Assembly: GCA_036149055.1 (NCBI GenBank)
Contig: JAYZQJ010000033.1
Span: forward strand, 64,001 to 128,000
Origin: Myxococcota bacterium
Lineage (GTDB): Bacteria; Myxococcota_A; Polyangia; Polyangiales; Sandaracinaceae
DNA: 64,000 nucleotides
Direction: 5' to 3'
Program-made: the position numbers and the translations under genes
The notes under the pieces: model-generated
What the model saw: only the letters and a program-made list of their open reading frames with translations
Database searches by the model: none
What the model was told of the DNA's origin: nothing
Part shown: positions 18,967-36,683 of the stretch, piece by piece
How positions within the stretch are numbered: the stretch's first letter is position 1
Layout: every line of letters starts with the position of its first letter

Positions 18967-20655
18967 CTGGAGGACGGTCATGTCGACTCGCTTCACCCGC
19001 TGGATCCCCGCCCTCTCCTGGCTGCGCGACTACGAGCTCCGCCGCGACCTCCCGGGGGACCTCTCCGCCGGGCTCACGGTGGCGGTGATGCTGATCCCGC
19101 AGGGCATGGCCTACGCGATGCTGGCCGGCCTGCCGCCGGTGGTGGGGCTCTACGCGTCGGTGGTCCCGCTGCTGGTCTACGCGTTCCTCGGCACGAGCCG
19201 GCAGCTCGCGGTCGGCCCGGTCGCGATGGTCTCGCTCCTGGTGGCGACCGGCGTCGGCGCGATCGCGGAGCTGGGCTCGGCCGCGTACGTGGCCCTCGCG
19301 GTGGTGCTCGCCGGCATGGTCGGCGTCATCCAGCTCGCGATGGGTCTGCTCCGGCTGGGCAAGCTCGTCACCCTGCTCAGCCACCCGGTGATCAGCGGCT
19401 TCACCTCGGCGGCCGCGATCATCATCGGGCTCAGCCAGCTGAAGCACCTGCTGGGCGCGCCCATCCCCCGCAGCGCGCGCCTCCACGAGCTGCTGGCGAG
19501 CGCCGCGCAGGCCCTGCCGGAGACGAGCCTCGTCACCCTCGGCATCGGCGCGGCGTCGATCGCGATCCTGCTCGGCCTCAAGCGATGGGCGCCGCGGTTC
19601 CCGGGCGCGCTGACGGTGGTCGGGCTCGGCACGCTGGCGACCTGGGGCCTCGGCCTGCACGAGGCGGGGGTCGCGATCGTCGGCGAGGTGCCCGCCGGGC
19701 TCCCGCGTCCCGGGCTGCCGTCCTTCGACCTCGAGCAGATCTCCGCGCTCCTGCCGACCGCGCTGGTGATCTCGCTGGTCGGCTTCATGGAGTCCATCAG
19801 CGTCGCCAAGGCCTTCGCCCGGAAGCACCGCTACGAGGTCGACGCGAGCCAGGAGCTCACCGCGCTGGGCCTCGCGAACGTGGCCGGCACCCTCTTCGGC
19901 GCCTACCCGGTGACGGGCGGCTTCAGCCGCACCGCGGTCAACGGGCAGGCGGGCGCGCGCACCGGGCTGGCGAGCGCGATCACCGCGGTGGTCATCGGCG
20001 TCGCCCTGCTCTTCTTCACGCCGCTCTTCCACTTCCTGCCGAACGCGGTGCTCGCGGCGATCGTGATGACGGCGGTGTTCGGGCTCGTCGACCTGAAGGA
20101 GGCCCGGCACCTCTGGCACGTGAAGCGCACCGACGCGGGGCTGCTCGCGCTCACCTTCGCGGTCACGCTCTTCGTCGGCATCGAGGAGGGCATCGGCGCC
20201 GGCGTGCTCGGCTCGCTCGCGCTCTTCGTGCACCGGAGCACCCGCCCTCACCACGCCATCCTCGGGCGGCTCCCGGGCACCACGAGCTACCGGAACGTCA
20301 CCCGCTTCCCCGAGGCCGAGCGTGTGCCCGGGGTCACGATCTGGCGCTTCGACGCGAGCTTCTACTTCGCCAACGCGGACTACTTCCGCGACCAGGTCGA
20401 CCGCCTGCTGCTCGGCGGCGGCGCGCGCGCGCTGGTGCTCGACGCGAGCGGCATCAACGACCTCGACGCCAGCGCGGTCACGACCCTCGAGGAGGTGCAC
20501 GCGCGCCTCGACGCGGCCGGCGTGCAGCTCTTCGTGGCCCACGCCAAGGGCCCGGTGCGCGACGTCCTGGAGCGCGGCGGCTTCACCGCGCGCCTCGGGG
20601 CGGACCGCTTCTACCTGGATCTGCACGAGGCGGTGACGGCGGCGGCCGCCGCGCC

Positions 20656-25356
<4,701 letters not shown>

Positions 25357-25474
25357 GTCCTCCCCAAGAACGGAACTACCATGGGTCTGGGAAACCGGGT
25401 GCGCCACGCTGCCATTTCAGGTGCGCACGACCCGGTTCTTCGCCGGAAAATCGCCGTCGCGGCCAGCCGTGGAC

Positions 25475-26551
25475 CTAACGAGGGTATCTGGGGTAGCTGC
25501 CGAGGAGGTGGACGCGATCGCAGCGCGCCTCGAGCGCCTCGATCGCGGCCGCCACCGACGCGTCCTCGCGGTGGCCTTGCACGTCGATCACGAACACGTA
25601 GCGCCACGCGTCGCCGCGCCGCGGCCGGCTCTCGATGCGCGTCATGTTCACCCCCGCGTCCTCGATCACGCCGAGCACCCGCCGCAGCGCGCCGCGGCTC
25701 TCGTCGTCCCGGATCGCGAACGCCAGGGTGGTCTTGTCGTCGCCGGTCGGCTTCGCGTCCCGCGCGCCGATCATCACGAAGCGGGTCTCGTTCTCGGGGT
25801 GGTCCTGGATGCGCGCGGCGAGCGTCGGCAGCCCGTGGATCTCGCCGGCCAGCGCGCTCCCGATCGCGGCGCCTCCGGGATCGCGCCGCGCCTCCTGCAC
25901 CGCCGCCGCCGTCGACGCGGTCTGGACGAGCTGCGCGTGCGGCACGTTCCGGTGCAGCCAGTCGCGGCACTGAGCGAGCCCCTGCGGGTGCGAGTAGACC
26001 CGCTCCACCGCGGGCAGCGCGGCCACCCGGCCCATCAGGCAGTGCTCGATCGGGAGCACGACCTCGCGCCGGATCTGGACGCCGCCCGCGAGCAGCGCCT
26101 CGATGGCGCTGGCCACCGATCCTTCGCTCGAGTTCTCGAGCGGGACCACCCCGAACTCGGCCCGCTTCGCGCGCACCGCGTCGAACACGCCCTCGATCGT
26201 CGCCGCCTCGACGTAGCGCGGCGCGTAGCCGAAGAGGGTGCGCGCGGCGAGGTGGCTGAAGGTGCCGGCCGGGCCGAGGTAGCTGACGGTGACCGTCGAC
26301 TGGAGCGAGACGCTCGCGCTCATGATCTCGCGAAAGACCGCGACGATCGCCTCCTTCGGGAAGCGGCCCGCGCCCTTGTCGATCACGCGGCGGAGCAGCG
26401 CGTTCTCGCGCTCGGGGTCGACCGTGCCGAGGCCGCTCGCGCGCTTGGCCTCCGCGATCTCGGCCACCAGATCGGCGCGCTCGGCGAGGAGGGCGAGGAG
26501 CCGCTCGTCGACCGAGTCGATGCGCTCGCGCAGCGCCGGCAGATCAGTCAC
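25475..26551 (-). CDS. pheA: Chorismate mutase / prephenate dehydratase (P-protein)
   Basis: LRERIDSVD, YLGPAGTFS, PLENSSEG, SHPQG.AQC, NETRF and ACT-domain MTRIESRP. Confidence 0.96.
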   Translation of the reverse strand: MTDLPALRERIDSVDERLLALLAERADLVAEIAEAKRASGLGTVDPERENALLRRVIDKGAGRFPKEAIVAVFREIMSASVSLQSTVTVSYLGPAGTFSHLAARTLFGYAPRYVEAATIEGVFDAVRAKRAEFGVVPLENSSEGSVASAIEALLAGGVQIRREVVLPIEHCLMGRVAALPAVERVYSHPQGLAQCRDWLHRNVPHAQLVQTASTAAAVQEARRDPGGAAIGSALAGEIHGLPTLAARIQDHPENETRFVMIGARDAKPTGDDKTTLAFAIRDDESRGALRRVLGVIEDAGVNMTRIESRPRRGDAWRYVFVIDVQGHREDASVAAAIEALEARCDRVHLLGSYPRYPR

Positions 26552-28205
26552 GGGCGGCCTCGTGCACGCCGCGCACCGCGCGCCCGCTGGGGTCGGCGTT
26601 CTCGGCGAACGCGGCGTCCCACGCGAGCGCCGCCTCGGTGCTGCAGGCGATGGACTTGCCGCCGGGCACCTGACGCGCCGCGTCCGGGTGATCGAAGAGC
26701 TCCTCGAAGATCATGCGGTACATGTACCCCTCTTTGGTCGACGGCGGGGCATGTTCGAAGCGGGCGGCGGCCTCCGCGAGCTCGGCGTCGCTCACCCGCG
26801 CCTCGGCCTCGGCCTTCAGCCCGTCGATCCAGCCGTAGCCGACGCCGTCGGAGAACTGCTCCTTCTGTCGCCAGAGCACCGACGCCGGGAGCAGGCCCGC
26901 GCACGCCTCGCGCAGGAGCTGCTTCTCCATCTTGCCGGGGCGCACCATCTTGGCCGCCGGGTCGGTGCGCATCGCGACCTCGAGGAAGGCGACGTCGAGG
27001 AAGGGCACGCGCGCCTCGACCCCCCAGGCGGCCATCGACTTGTTCGCGCGGAGGCAATCGTACTTGTGGAGCTGCGCGAGCTTGCGGACGGTCTCCTCGT
27101 GGAACGCGCGCGGGTCGGGCGCCTTGTGGAAGTAGAGGTAGCCGCCGAAGATCTCGTCGGCGCCCTCGCCGCTGAGCACCATCTTGATGCCCATCGCCTT
27201 GATCCGGCGCGCGAGCAGGTACATCGGCGTCGAGGCGCGGATGGTGGTGACGTCGAAGGTCTCGAGGTGCCAGATCACGTCGCGCAGGGCGTCCAGTCCC
27301 TCCGCGAAGGTGTAGGTCATGCCGTGATGCACGGTCCCGATCGCGTCGGCGGCCACCTGCGCCGCCTCGAGGTCGGGAGAGCCCTCGAGGCCGATCGCGA
27401 AGCTGTGGAGCCGCGGCCACCACGCCTCCTCGCGCTCGTCCGTCTCGACGCGACGGCGCGCGTGGCGCTGGGCGAGGGCCGCCACCACCGACGAGTCCAG
27501 GCCGCCCGAGAGCAGCACGCCGTAGGGCACGTCGGTCATCAGCTGGCGAGCCACCGCGTCCTCGAGCGCGCCGCGGATGCGCTCGCGGTTGACCGGCCCC
27601 CCGTCGACCACCGCGAAGTCGCGCCAGGTCGGGCGGTAGTAGGCCCGCGCGGCGCCGGTCGCGCTGTCGAGCACGTGGCCGGGCGGCAGCTCCTCGATCG
27701 ACACGCAGTCGGGCACGAGGGCCTTCATCTCCGAGGCGACGCGCAGCCGGCCCTCCCGGTCGCGGCCCGTGTAGAGCGGGATGACCCCGATGGGGTCGCG
27801 CGCGATCACGTAGCGGTCGCTGGGCTCGTCGTAGAGCACGAAGGCGAAGATGCCGTCGAGCTGGTGCACGAAGTCGGCGCCCTTGGCGCGGTAGAGCGCG
27901 AGGATCACCTCGCAGTCGGACTGCGTCCTCCAGGGGTAGGCGGCGTGGGCCTCCCGCACCGCGCGGTGCCCGTAGATCTCTCCGTTGACCGCGAGCACCG
28001 TCCCGCCGGGACCGAGGAGCGGTTGGCCTCCGCTGGCCGGGTCGACGATGGCCAATCGCTCGTGGGCGAGGATCGCCGATCCGCCGGCCCAGACGCCGCT
28101 CCAGTCCGGCCCCCGGTGCCTCATCGTCTTGCTCCGCTCGAGCGCCTCTGCGCGGAGCGTGGCCGGGTCGCCCCGGACCTCGAGCACGGCATAGATGGAG
28201 CACAT
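26544..28205 (-). CDS. asnB: Asparagine synthetase B (glutamine-hydrolysing)
   Basis: N-terminal MC, RHRGPDWSG, NGEIY, LLSGGLDSS, SGEGADEIFGGYLYF; strong SD. Confidence 0.97.
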   Translation of the reverse strand: MCSIYAVLEVRGDPATLRAEALERSKTMRHRGPDWSGVWAGGSAILAHERLAIVDPASGGQPLLGPGGTVLAVNGEIYGHRAVREAHAAYPWRTQSDCEVILALYRAKGADFVHQLDGIFAFVLYDEPSDRYVIARDPIGVIPLYTGRDREGRLRVASEMKALVPDCVSIEELPPGHVLDSATGAARAYYRPTWRDFAVVDGGPVNRERIRGALEDAVARQLMTDVPYGVLLSGGLDSSVVAALAQRHARRRVETDEREEAWWPRLHSFAIGLEGSPDLEAAQVAADAIGTVHHGMTYTFAEGLDALRDVIWHLETFDVTTIRASTPMYLLARRIKAMGIKMVLSGEGADEIFGGYLYFHKAPDPRAFHEETVRKLAQLHKYDCLRANKSMAAWGVEARVPFLDVAFLEVAMRTDPAAKMVRPGKMEKQLLREACAGLLPASVLWRQKEQFSDGVGYGWIDGLKAEAEARVSDAELAEAAARFEHAPPSTKEGYMYRMIFEELFDHPDAARQVPGGKSIACSTEAALAWDAAFAENADPSGRAVRGVHEAARD

Positions 28206-28220
28206 TTCCTTTCCTCCCGT

Positions 28221-28302
28221 GTCGGGGAACGCCCCACGACGCAGCGCGTCAGAGACGCCCTTCAGAGTGAGAGGACTCACTGGTACTCCTGACGCGCCGC
28301 GT
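28221..28302 (-). promoter_or_regulatory. Structured 5' region of asnB (candidate cis-regulatory RNA)
   Basis: 14-bp inverted repeat (28239-28252 / 28289-28302) enclosing AGUA...AGUGAG-uccu-CUCACU...GAA. A competing hairpin at 28221-28240 lies near the SD. Confidence 0.4.
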
Positions 28303-28360
28303 TGTCCAGACGCCCGAAACGTCCTGATTTGCGGGCCCTACGAAAATCGGCCGGGTGGCC

Positions 28361-28389
28361 TTGACACGCCGCGTCGTAGCGATCATCGT
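28361..28389 (+). promoter_or_regulatory. Putative sigma70 promoter of the ilv-leu operon
   Basis: TTGACA-N17-CATCGT; GTG follows 7 nt later. Confidence 0.6.
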
Positions 28390-28396
28390 CCTCGCC

Positions 28397-28591
28397 GTGA
28401 CGCAGCTCACGTCCCAGCCCACCGCTCAGACCGCGACCGCTTCGGCGGCCAGCGCGAGCGATCGCGGCACCGACGTGCTCCCGACCGACGCCCTCCTCCG
28501 GGGTGTCGGCCGCCTCTCCGTCGTCCTCGTACTCGTCGTCCTCCTCGCCCTCGTCGTCCTCATTACGGGCGGTGGGGCGCTCCTCGGATAG
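28397..28591 (+). CDS. ilv-leu attenuator leader peptide (64 aa if started at GTG 28397)
   Basis: Contains LSVVLVLVVLLALVVLIT with the rare codons GTA and ATT; stops just before the terminator of a branched-chain amino acid operon. Confidence 0.8.
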   Translation: MTQLTSQPTAQTATASAASASDRGTDVLPTDALLRGVGRLSVVLVLVVLLALVVLITGGGALLG

Positions 28592-28613
28592 TCGACACGA
28601 CTTTCTTCGATGT

Positions 28614-28655
28614 GAGCCCCCGCCGCCGAGAGGCAGCGGGGGCTCTTCGCGTTTC
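28614..28655 (+). terminator. Attenuator terminator hairpin
   Basis: GAGCCCCCGC-cGCC-gaga-GGCa-GCGGGGGCTC then TTCGCGTTTC. The 5' arm can pair instead with GGCGGTGGGGCGCTC (28568-28582). Confidence 0.8.
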
Positions 28656-28679
28656 TGGACCCCAACCCACGCAAGCACC

Positions 28680-30470
28680 ATGACCCACGTACGACGCCGA
28701 TGGTTCGTCCCCGCCGACCGCTACCAGGTCCGGTCCACCGTCGCGACCGCGGCGGAGAGGAGGCCCCCGCGCCCGATCCCCTCGCCGCGCTCCGGCCGGA
28801 TCAAGCACGGGGTCGAGCGCGCGCCGCACCGGGCGCTGCTGCGGGCGACCGGCGTGAGAGACGACGACCTCGACCGGCCCTTCGTGGCCATTGTCAACTC
28901 CCACGCCGACATCGTGCCGGGTCACGCCCACCTCGCCGAGCTCGGCCGGACGGTGAAGGAGGCGGTGCGCGCCGCGGGCATGGTGCCCTTCGAGTTCCAC
29001 ACCATCGCGGTCGACGACGGGATCGCGATGGGCCACGAGGGCATGCGCTTCTCGCTGCCGAGCCGGGAGCTCATCGCCGACTCGGTCGAGACGATGATCC
29101 GCGCCCACTGCTTCGACGCGATGGTGTGCATCCCCAACTGCGACAAGATCGTGCCCGGGATGCTGATGGCGGCCGCGCGCCTCGACATCCCCACCGTCTT
29201 CGTCAGCGGCGGGCCGATGCCGGCCGGCAAGCTCCCGGACGGCACGGCGGTGGATCTGGCGAGCGTGTTCGAGGGGGTCGGCCAGCTCCGCGCCGGCAAG
29301 ATCGCGCTCCGGCAGCTCGACACCCTCGAGAAGAGCGCGTGCCCCGCCTGCGGCAGCTGCAGCGGGCTGTTCACCGCCAACAGCATGAACTGCCTGACCG
29401 AGGTGCTCGGCCTCTCGCTCCCGCTCTCGGGCACCATCCAGGCGCGCACGCCCGAGCGGGAGGCCCTCGCCCGGCGCGCGGCCGCGCGGGTCGCCGATCT
29501 CATCGAGCAGGACCTCACGGCGCGGCAGGTCCTCACCGACGCGGCGTTCGAGGACGCGTTCACCGTCGACGTCGCGCTCGGAGGCAGCACCAACACCGTG
29601 CTCCACCTCCTCGCCATCGCCCGGGAGGCGGGCGTCGACTTCCCGCTCGAGCGGGTCGACGCGATCAGCGCGCGCACGCCCTACCTCTGCAAGCTCAGCC
29701 CGGCCGGTCGGCATCACATGGAGGACCTGCACCGCGCGGGCGGCGTCCCGGCGGTGATGCGGGAGCTGGCGGACCTGCTGCACCTCGACCGCCCCACGGT
29801 CTCCGGCGAGACGATGGGCGACCTGGTCGGCCGGGCGGAGAACCGCGACCCCGAGGTGGTGCGCCCCCGCCGCGATCCCTGGTCCGAGACCGGCGGGCTC
29901 GCGCTCCTCTTCGGCAACCTCGCGCCCGAGGGAGCCGTGGTGAAGGTGGGCGCGGTCGACCCCGAGATGCGGCGCCACGAGGGGCCGGCCCGGGTCTTCG
30001 AGGGTCACGACGCCGCGGTCGCCGCCATCCGGGAGCGGCGCATCCACCCGGGCGACGTGGTGGTGATCCGCTACGAGGGCCCGGCCGGGGGCCCCGGCAT
30101 GCAGGAGATGCTCGAGCCCACCAGCGCGCTGACCGGCATGGGGCTCGGGGCCCAGGTGGCGCTGGTCACGGACGGCCGCTTCAGCGGCGCGACCCGCGGG
30201 GCGGCGATCGGCCACGTGAGCCCGGAGGCGGCGGCGCGCGGCCCGATCGCGGCGGTCCAGGAGGGAGACCGGATCGCGATCGACCTCGACGCCAAGCGCC
30301 TCGACGTGCGGCTGACCGACGCCGAGCTCGAGGCGCGCCTGGCCGCGCTGCCCCCGTTCCGCAGCCGGGTGAAGAGCCGCTGGCTCCGCCGCTACGCCCA
30401 CCTCGTGACCAGCGCCAGCACCGGCGCCGTCCTGAACGACCGCTTCGGAGGAGAAGATGATGACGGCTGA
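28680..30470 (+). CDS. ilvD: Dihydroxy-acid dehydratase
   Basis: VDDGIAMGH, SRELIADS, NCDKIVPG, GGSTN, YEGP.GGPGMQEM, TDGRFSG. Confidence 0.97.
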   Translation: MTHVRRRWFVPADRYQVRSTVATAAERRPPRPIPSPRSGRIKHGVERAPHRALLRATGVRDDDLDRPFVAIVNSHADIVPGHAHLAELGRTVKEAVRAAGMVPFEFHTIAVDDGIAMGHEGMRFSLPSRELIADSVETMIRAHCFDAMVCIPNCDKIVPGMLMAAARLDIPTVFVSGGPMPAGKLPDGTAVDLASVFEGVGQLRAGKIALRQLDTLEKSACPACGSCSGLFTANSMNCLTEVLGLSLPLSGTIQARTPEREALARRAAARVADLIEQDLTARQVLTDAAFEDAFTVDVALGGSTNTVLHLLAIAREAGVDFPLERVDAISARTPYLCKLSPAGRHHMEDLHRAGGVPAVMRELADLLHLDRPTVSGETMGDLVGRAENRDPEVVRPRRDPWSETGGLALLFGNLAPEGAVVKVGAVDPEMRRHEGPARVFEGHDAAVAAIRERRIHPGDVVVIRYEGPAGGPGMQEMLEPTSALTGMGLGAQVALVTDGRFSGATRGAAIGHVSPEAAARGPIAAVQEGDRIAIDLDAKRLDVRLTDAELEARLAALPPFRSRVKSRWLRRYAHLVTSASTGAVLNDRFGGEDDDG

Positions 30471-32160
30471 GATCACGGGCGCGCGCGCGCTCTGGGAGGC
30501 GCTGGTCGCCGAGGGCGTCGACGTCGTCTTCGGCTACCCGGGGGGCGCCATCATGCCCACCTACGACGCGCTGCCGGGCTACCCGATCCGGCACGTGCTC
30601 TGCCGCCACGAGCAGAACGCCGCGCACATGGCCGACGGCTACGCGCGGGCCTCCGGGCGGGTCGGCGTCGCCATCGCGACCTCGGGCCCCGGGGCCACCA
30701 ACCTCGTGACCGGCATCGCCACCGCGATGCTCGACTCGAGCCCCATCGTCTGCATCACCGGGCAGGTCCCCTCGACCCTGATCGGCAGCGACGCGTTCCA
30801 GGAGACCGACATCACCGGGGTCACGCTCCCGATCACCAAGCACAACTACCTGGTCACCCGCGCGGAGGACGTCGCGCCGATCCTGCGCGAGGCCTTCTAC
30901 GTCGCCCGGAGCGGCCGGCCGGGCCCGGTGGTGGTCGACATCACCAAGGACGCGCAGCTCGGCCTCTGCCGCCCGGACCACGGCGCGCCGGTGCGGCTGC
31001 CCGGCTACCGGCCGCGGCGACGGGTGGAGGCGGCCGAGCTCGACGAGGCGGCGCGGCTCATCGACGCGGCCGAGCGGCCGCTCGTGTTCTGCGGGCACGG
31101 CGTGGTGAAGGCCGAGGCGACCGCGCTGCTGCGGGAGCTGGTCGACAAGGGCGACCTCCCGGTGGCCTGCACCCTGCTCGGGCTCGGCGGCTTCCCGGCG
31201 AGCGATCCGCGGCACCTCGGCATGATGGGCATGCACGGCGAGGCGTGGGTCAACGAGGCGGTGCAGCGCGCGGACCTGCTCGTCGCGCTCGGCATGCGCT
31301 TCGACGACCGGGTGACCGGCAACCTCGCCAGCTACGCCCGCGGCGCGAAGAAGATCCACGTCGAGCTCGATCCGGCCGAGGTCGGCAAGAACGTCGCGTG
31401 CGACGTCGCGATCGTCGGCGACGTGAAGGACGCCCTGCGCGGGCTGGTGCCCCGGATCGCGTGGCGGCGCCGCGAGGGCTGGCGCGCGGAGATCGCCGCG
31501 CTGCGCGAGGACGCCGAGGCCCACGACGTCCAGCGCCTCCCGGACGACGGCCGGCTGCTCGCCGCCCACGTGATGGCGGACCTGCACCGGCTGACCGGGG
31601 GCGAGGCCCTCGTGGTGACCGACGTGGGCCAGCACCAGATGTGGGAGGCGCAGTACTACCGCCACGAGGCGCCCCGCAGCCTGATCACCTCGGGCGGGCT
31701 CGGCACGATGGGGTTCGCGCTCCCGGCGGCGATCGGGGCGCGGTTCGCGCGGCCCGGCGACGAGATCTGGGTGATCGCGGGCGACGGCGGCTTCCAGATG
31801 AGCGCGGCCGAGCTCTCGACCTGCATGCAGGAGGGCGTGCAGGTGAACGTGGCCATCATCAACAACGGCTACCTCGGCATGGTCCGGCAGTGGCAGGACC
31901 TCTTCTACGAGAAGCGCTACGTGGCGACGCCGATCGTCAGCCCCGACTTCGTGAAGCTCGCCGAGGCCCACGGCCTGAGCGCGCGGCGGGTCACGCGGCG
32001 GGACGAGATCGAGGACGCGGTGGGCTTCGCCCGCATGCAGCGACGGACCTGCGTGATCGAGTTCCAGGTCGCGCAGGAGGACACCGTCTACCCGATGGTT
32101 CCGGCGGGGAACGACCTCGCCGACATGATCCGCAGGCCGCGGATGAAGGGAGTCAGCTGA
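30457..32160 (+). CDS. ilvB: Acetolactate synthase large subunit
   Basis: FGYPGGA, RHEQ, TSGPGATN, GMRFDDRVTG, DVGQHQMW, GDGGFQM...NNGYLGMVRQWQ. Confidence 0.97.
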   Translation: MMTAEITGARALWEALVAEGVDVVFGYPGGAIMPTYDALPGYPIRHVLCRHEQNAAHMADGYARASGRVGVAIATSGPGATNLVTGIATAMLDSSPIVCITGQVPSTLIGSDAFQETDITGVTLPITKHNYLVTRAEDVAPILREAFYVARSGRPGPVVVDITKDAQLGLCRPDHGAPVRLPGYRPRRRVEAAELDEAARLIDAAERPLVFCGHGVVKAEATALLRELVDKGDLPVACTLLGLGGFPASDPRHLGMMGMHGEAWVNEAVQRADLLVALGMRFDDRVTGNLASYARGAKKIHVELDPAEVGKNVACDVAIVGDVKDALRGLVPRIAWRRREGWRAEIAALREDAEAHDVQRLPDDGRLLAAHVMADLHRLTGGEALVVTDVGQHQMWEAQYYRHEAPRSLITSGGLGTMGFALPAAIGARFARPGDEIWVIAGDGGFQMSAAELSTCMQEGVQVNVAIINNGYLGMVRQWQDLFYEKRYVATPIVSPDFVKLAEAHGLSARRVTRRDEIEDAVGFARMQRRTCVIEFQVAQEDTVYPMVPAGNDLADMIRRPRMKGVS

Positions 32161-32161
32161 G

Positions 32162-32707
32162 ATGACCGAGCTCCGGACCTTCGCCGTCCTCGTCGAGGAC
32201 GTCCCGGGGGTGCTCAACCGCGTCGCGTCGCTCTTCCGGCGCCGCAACTTCAACATCGTCTCGCTCAACGTCGGCCGGACCCACGAGCGGGGGATCTCTC
32301 GCATGACGGTCGTGGTCGAGGCCGACGCGCGCACCGCGCGGCTGGTGGAGGCCAACCTCTACAAGCTGGTGAACGTGCTCGCGGTCGAGGACATCTCCGA
32401 GCGCGCCACCGTCACCCGCGACCTCGCGCTCATCCGGGTGTCCGCCGGGGCCGAGGAGCGCGCGGCCATCCTGCAGATCTGCGAGGTGTTCCGCGCGCGG
32501 GTCGTCGACGTCGCGCCCAGCTCGCTCGTCGTCGAGATCACCGGCGCCCAGGACAAGATCGAGGGGCTGGCGAAGCTGCTCGAGCCCTTCGGCATCACCG
32601 AGATGGTCCAGACCGGCGCCATCGCCCTGACCCGCGGCGCCGACACCGGCGCGACCGCGCTGCACCGACTCGCCACCGAAGACGCCGCCGCCGATCGCGC
32701 GGCCTGA
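32162..32707 (+). CDS. ilvN: Acetolactate synthase small (regulatory) subunit
   Basis: ACT domain VEDVPGVLNRVASLFRRRNFNI; operon position. Confidence 0.96.
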   Translation: MTELRTFAVLVEDVPGVLNRVASLFRRRNFNIVSLNVGRTHERGISRMTVVVEADARTARLVEANLYKLVNVLAVEDISERATVTRDLALIRVSAGAEERAAILQICEVFRARVVDVAPSSLVVEITGAQDKIEGLAKLLEPFGITEMVQTGAIALTRGADTGATALHRLATEDAAADRAA

Positions 32708-35304
<2,597 letters not shown>

Positions 35305-35306
35305 CG

Positions 35307-36683
35307 ATGAAGACCCTCTTCGACAAGGTGTGGGACGCCCACGCGGTGCACGAGGCGCCGCATCACCCGAGCGTGCTCTACGTGGATCTCCACCTGGTGC
35401 ACGAGGTCACCTCGCCGCAGGCCTTCAGCGGCCTCGAGACGCGCGGGCTCCCGGTGCGGCGGCCCGAGCGGACGCTGGCCACCATGGATCACTCGACGCC
35501 GACCCGGCCGGGAGGCCTCGCGGTGGTCGACGACGCGGGGCGCGCGCAGCTCGAGACGCTGGCCCGGCGCTGCGCCGAGCACGGCATCGAGCTGTTCGAT
35601 CTGAGCTCGCCGCACAACGGGATCGTGCACGTGGTCGCGCCCGAGCAGGGGCGCACGCACCCGGGCATGACGGTGGTGTGCGGCGACAGCCACACCTCGA
35701 CCCACGGCGCGTTCGGGGCGCTCGCCTTCGGCATCGGGACCAGCGAGGTCGAGCAGGTGCTCGCGACCCAGTGCCTGCTCGCCTGGCGGCCGCTCCCCTA
35801 CGAGGTGCGCTTCGAGGGCACCGCGCCCGAGGGGGTGAGCGCGAAGGATCTGATCCTGGCGCTGATCGCCGAGATCGGGGTCGGCGGCGGCACCGGTCAC
35901 GTCTTCGAGTACCGGGGCGACGCGGTGCGCGCGCTCTCGATGGAGGGCCGCATGACGCTCTGCAACATGTCGATCGAGGCCGGCGCCCGGGCCGGCATGG
36001 TCGCGCCCGACGACACCACCTTCGCCTACCTCGCCGGGAGACCGGGGGCGCCGGCCGACTTCGACGGGGCGGTCGCGCGGTGGCGGGCGCTCCGGACCGA
36101 CGACGGCGCCTACTTCGCCCGGACGGTGAGCCTCGACGCCTCGCGGGTGTCGCCGCGGATCACCTGGGGCACCACGCCGGCGATGAGCGTGGGCGTCGAC
36201 GAGCCGGTCCCGCAGCCGACCGACGCCGCCGCTCGCTCGGCGCTCGACTACATGCGCCTCGAGGCGGGCAAGCCGCTGCTCGGTCAGCCGATCGACGTGG
36301 CCTTCATCGGCTCCTGCACCAACTCGCGCCTCGAGGATCTGCGCGAGGCGGCGAGGGTGCTCCGCGGGCGCCGGGTCGCGGCGCGCACGCTGGTGGTGCC
36401 CGGCTCCCGAGCGGTGAAGAGGGAGGCCGAGGCGGAGGGCCTGGACCGGATCTTCGAGGCGGCGGGCGCGGAGTGGCGCGAGCCGGGCTGCTCGATGTGC
36501 CTGGCGATGAACGGCGACCGGCTCGAGCCGGGGCAGCTCTCGGTCAGCACGTCGAATCGCAACTTCGAGGGCCGGCAGGGGCCGGGGGGTCGCACCCTGC
36601 TCGCCTCTCCGCTCACCGCGGCCGCGAGCGCGGTGGCCGGCGCGGTCGCCGACGCGCGGCGCACGCTCTCGGAGGCGGCGTGA
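35307..36683 (+). CDS. leuC: 3-isopropylmalate dehydratase large subunit
   Basis: [48 protein letters not shown]. Confidence 0.97.
   Translation: MKTLFDKVWDAHAVHEAPHHPSVLYVDLHLVHEVTSPQAFSGLETRGLPVRRPERTLATMDHSTPTRPGGLAVVDDAGRAQLETLARRCAEHGIELFDLSSPHNGIVHVVAPEQGRTHPGMTVVCGDSHTSTHGAFGALAFGIGTSEVEQVLATQCLLAWRPLPYEVRFEGTAPEGVSAKDLILALIAEIGVGGGTGHVFEYRGDAVRALSMEGRMTLCNMSIEAGARAGMVAPDDTTFAYLAGRPGAPADFDGAVARWRALRTDDGAYFARTVSLDASRVSPRITWGTTPAMSVGVDEPVPQPTDAAARSALDYMRLEAGKPLLGQPIDVAFIGSCTNSRLEDLREAARVLRGRRVAARTLVVPGSRAVKREAEAEGLDRIFEAAGAEWREPGCSMCLAMNGDRLEPGQLSVSTSNRNFEGRQGPGGRTLLASPLTAAASAVAGAVADARRTLSEAA

Noticed and set aside
28355..28396. Longer 78-aa leader start with an extra VVAIIVLAV tract
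   Set aside because: It overlaps the TTGACA/CATCGT promoter, so it is probably not transcribed. It cannot be fully excluded without TSS data.
28277..28681. Minus-strand ORF with an acidic DDEGEEDDEYEDD tract
   Set aside because: It is the antisense reading of the Val/Leu codon run in the attenuator leader.
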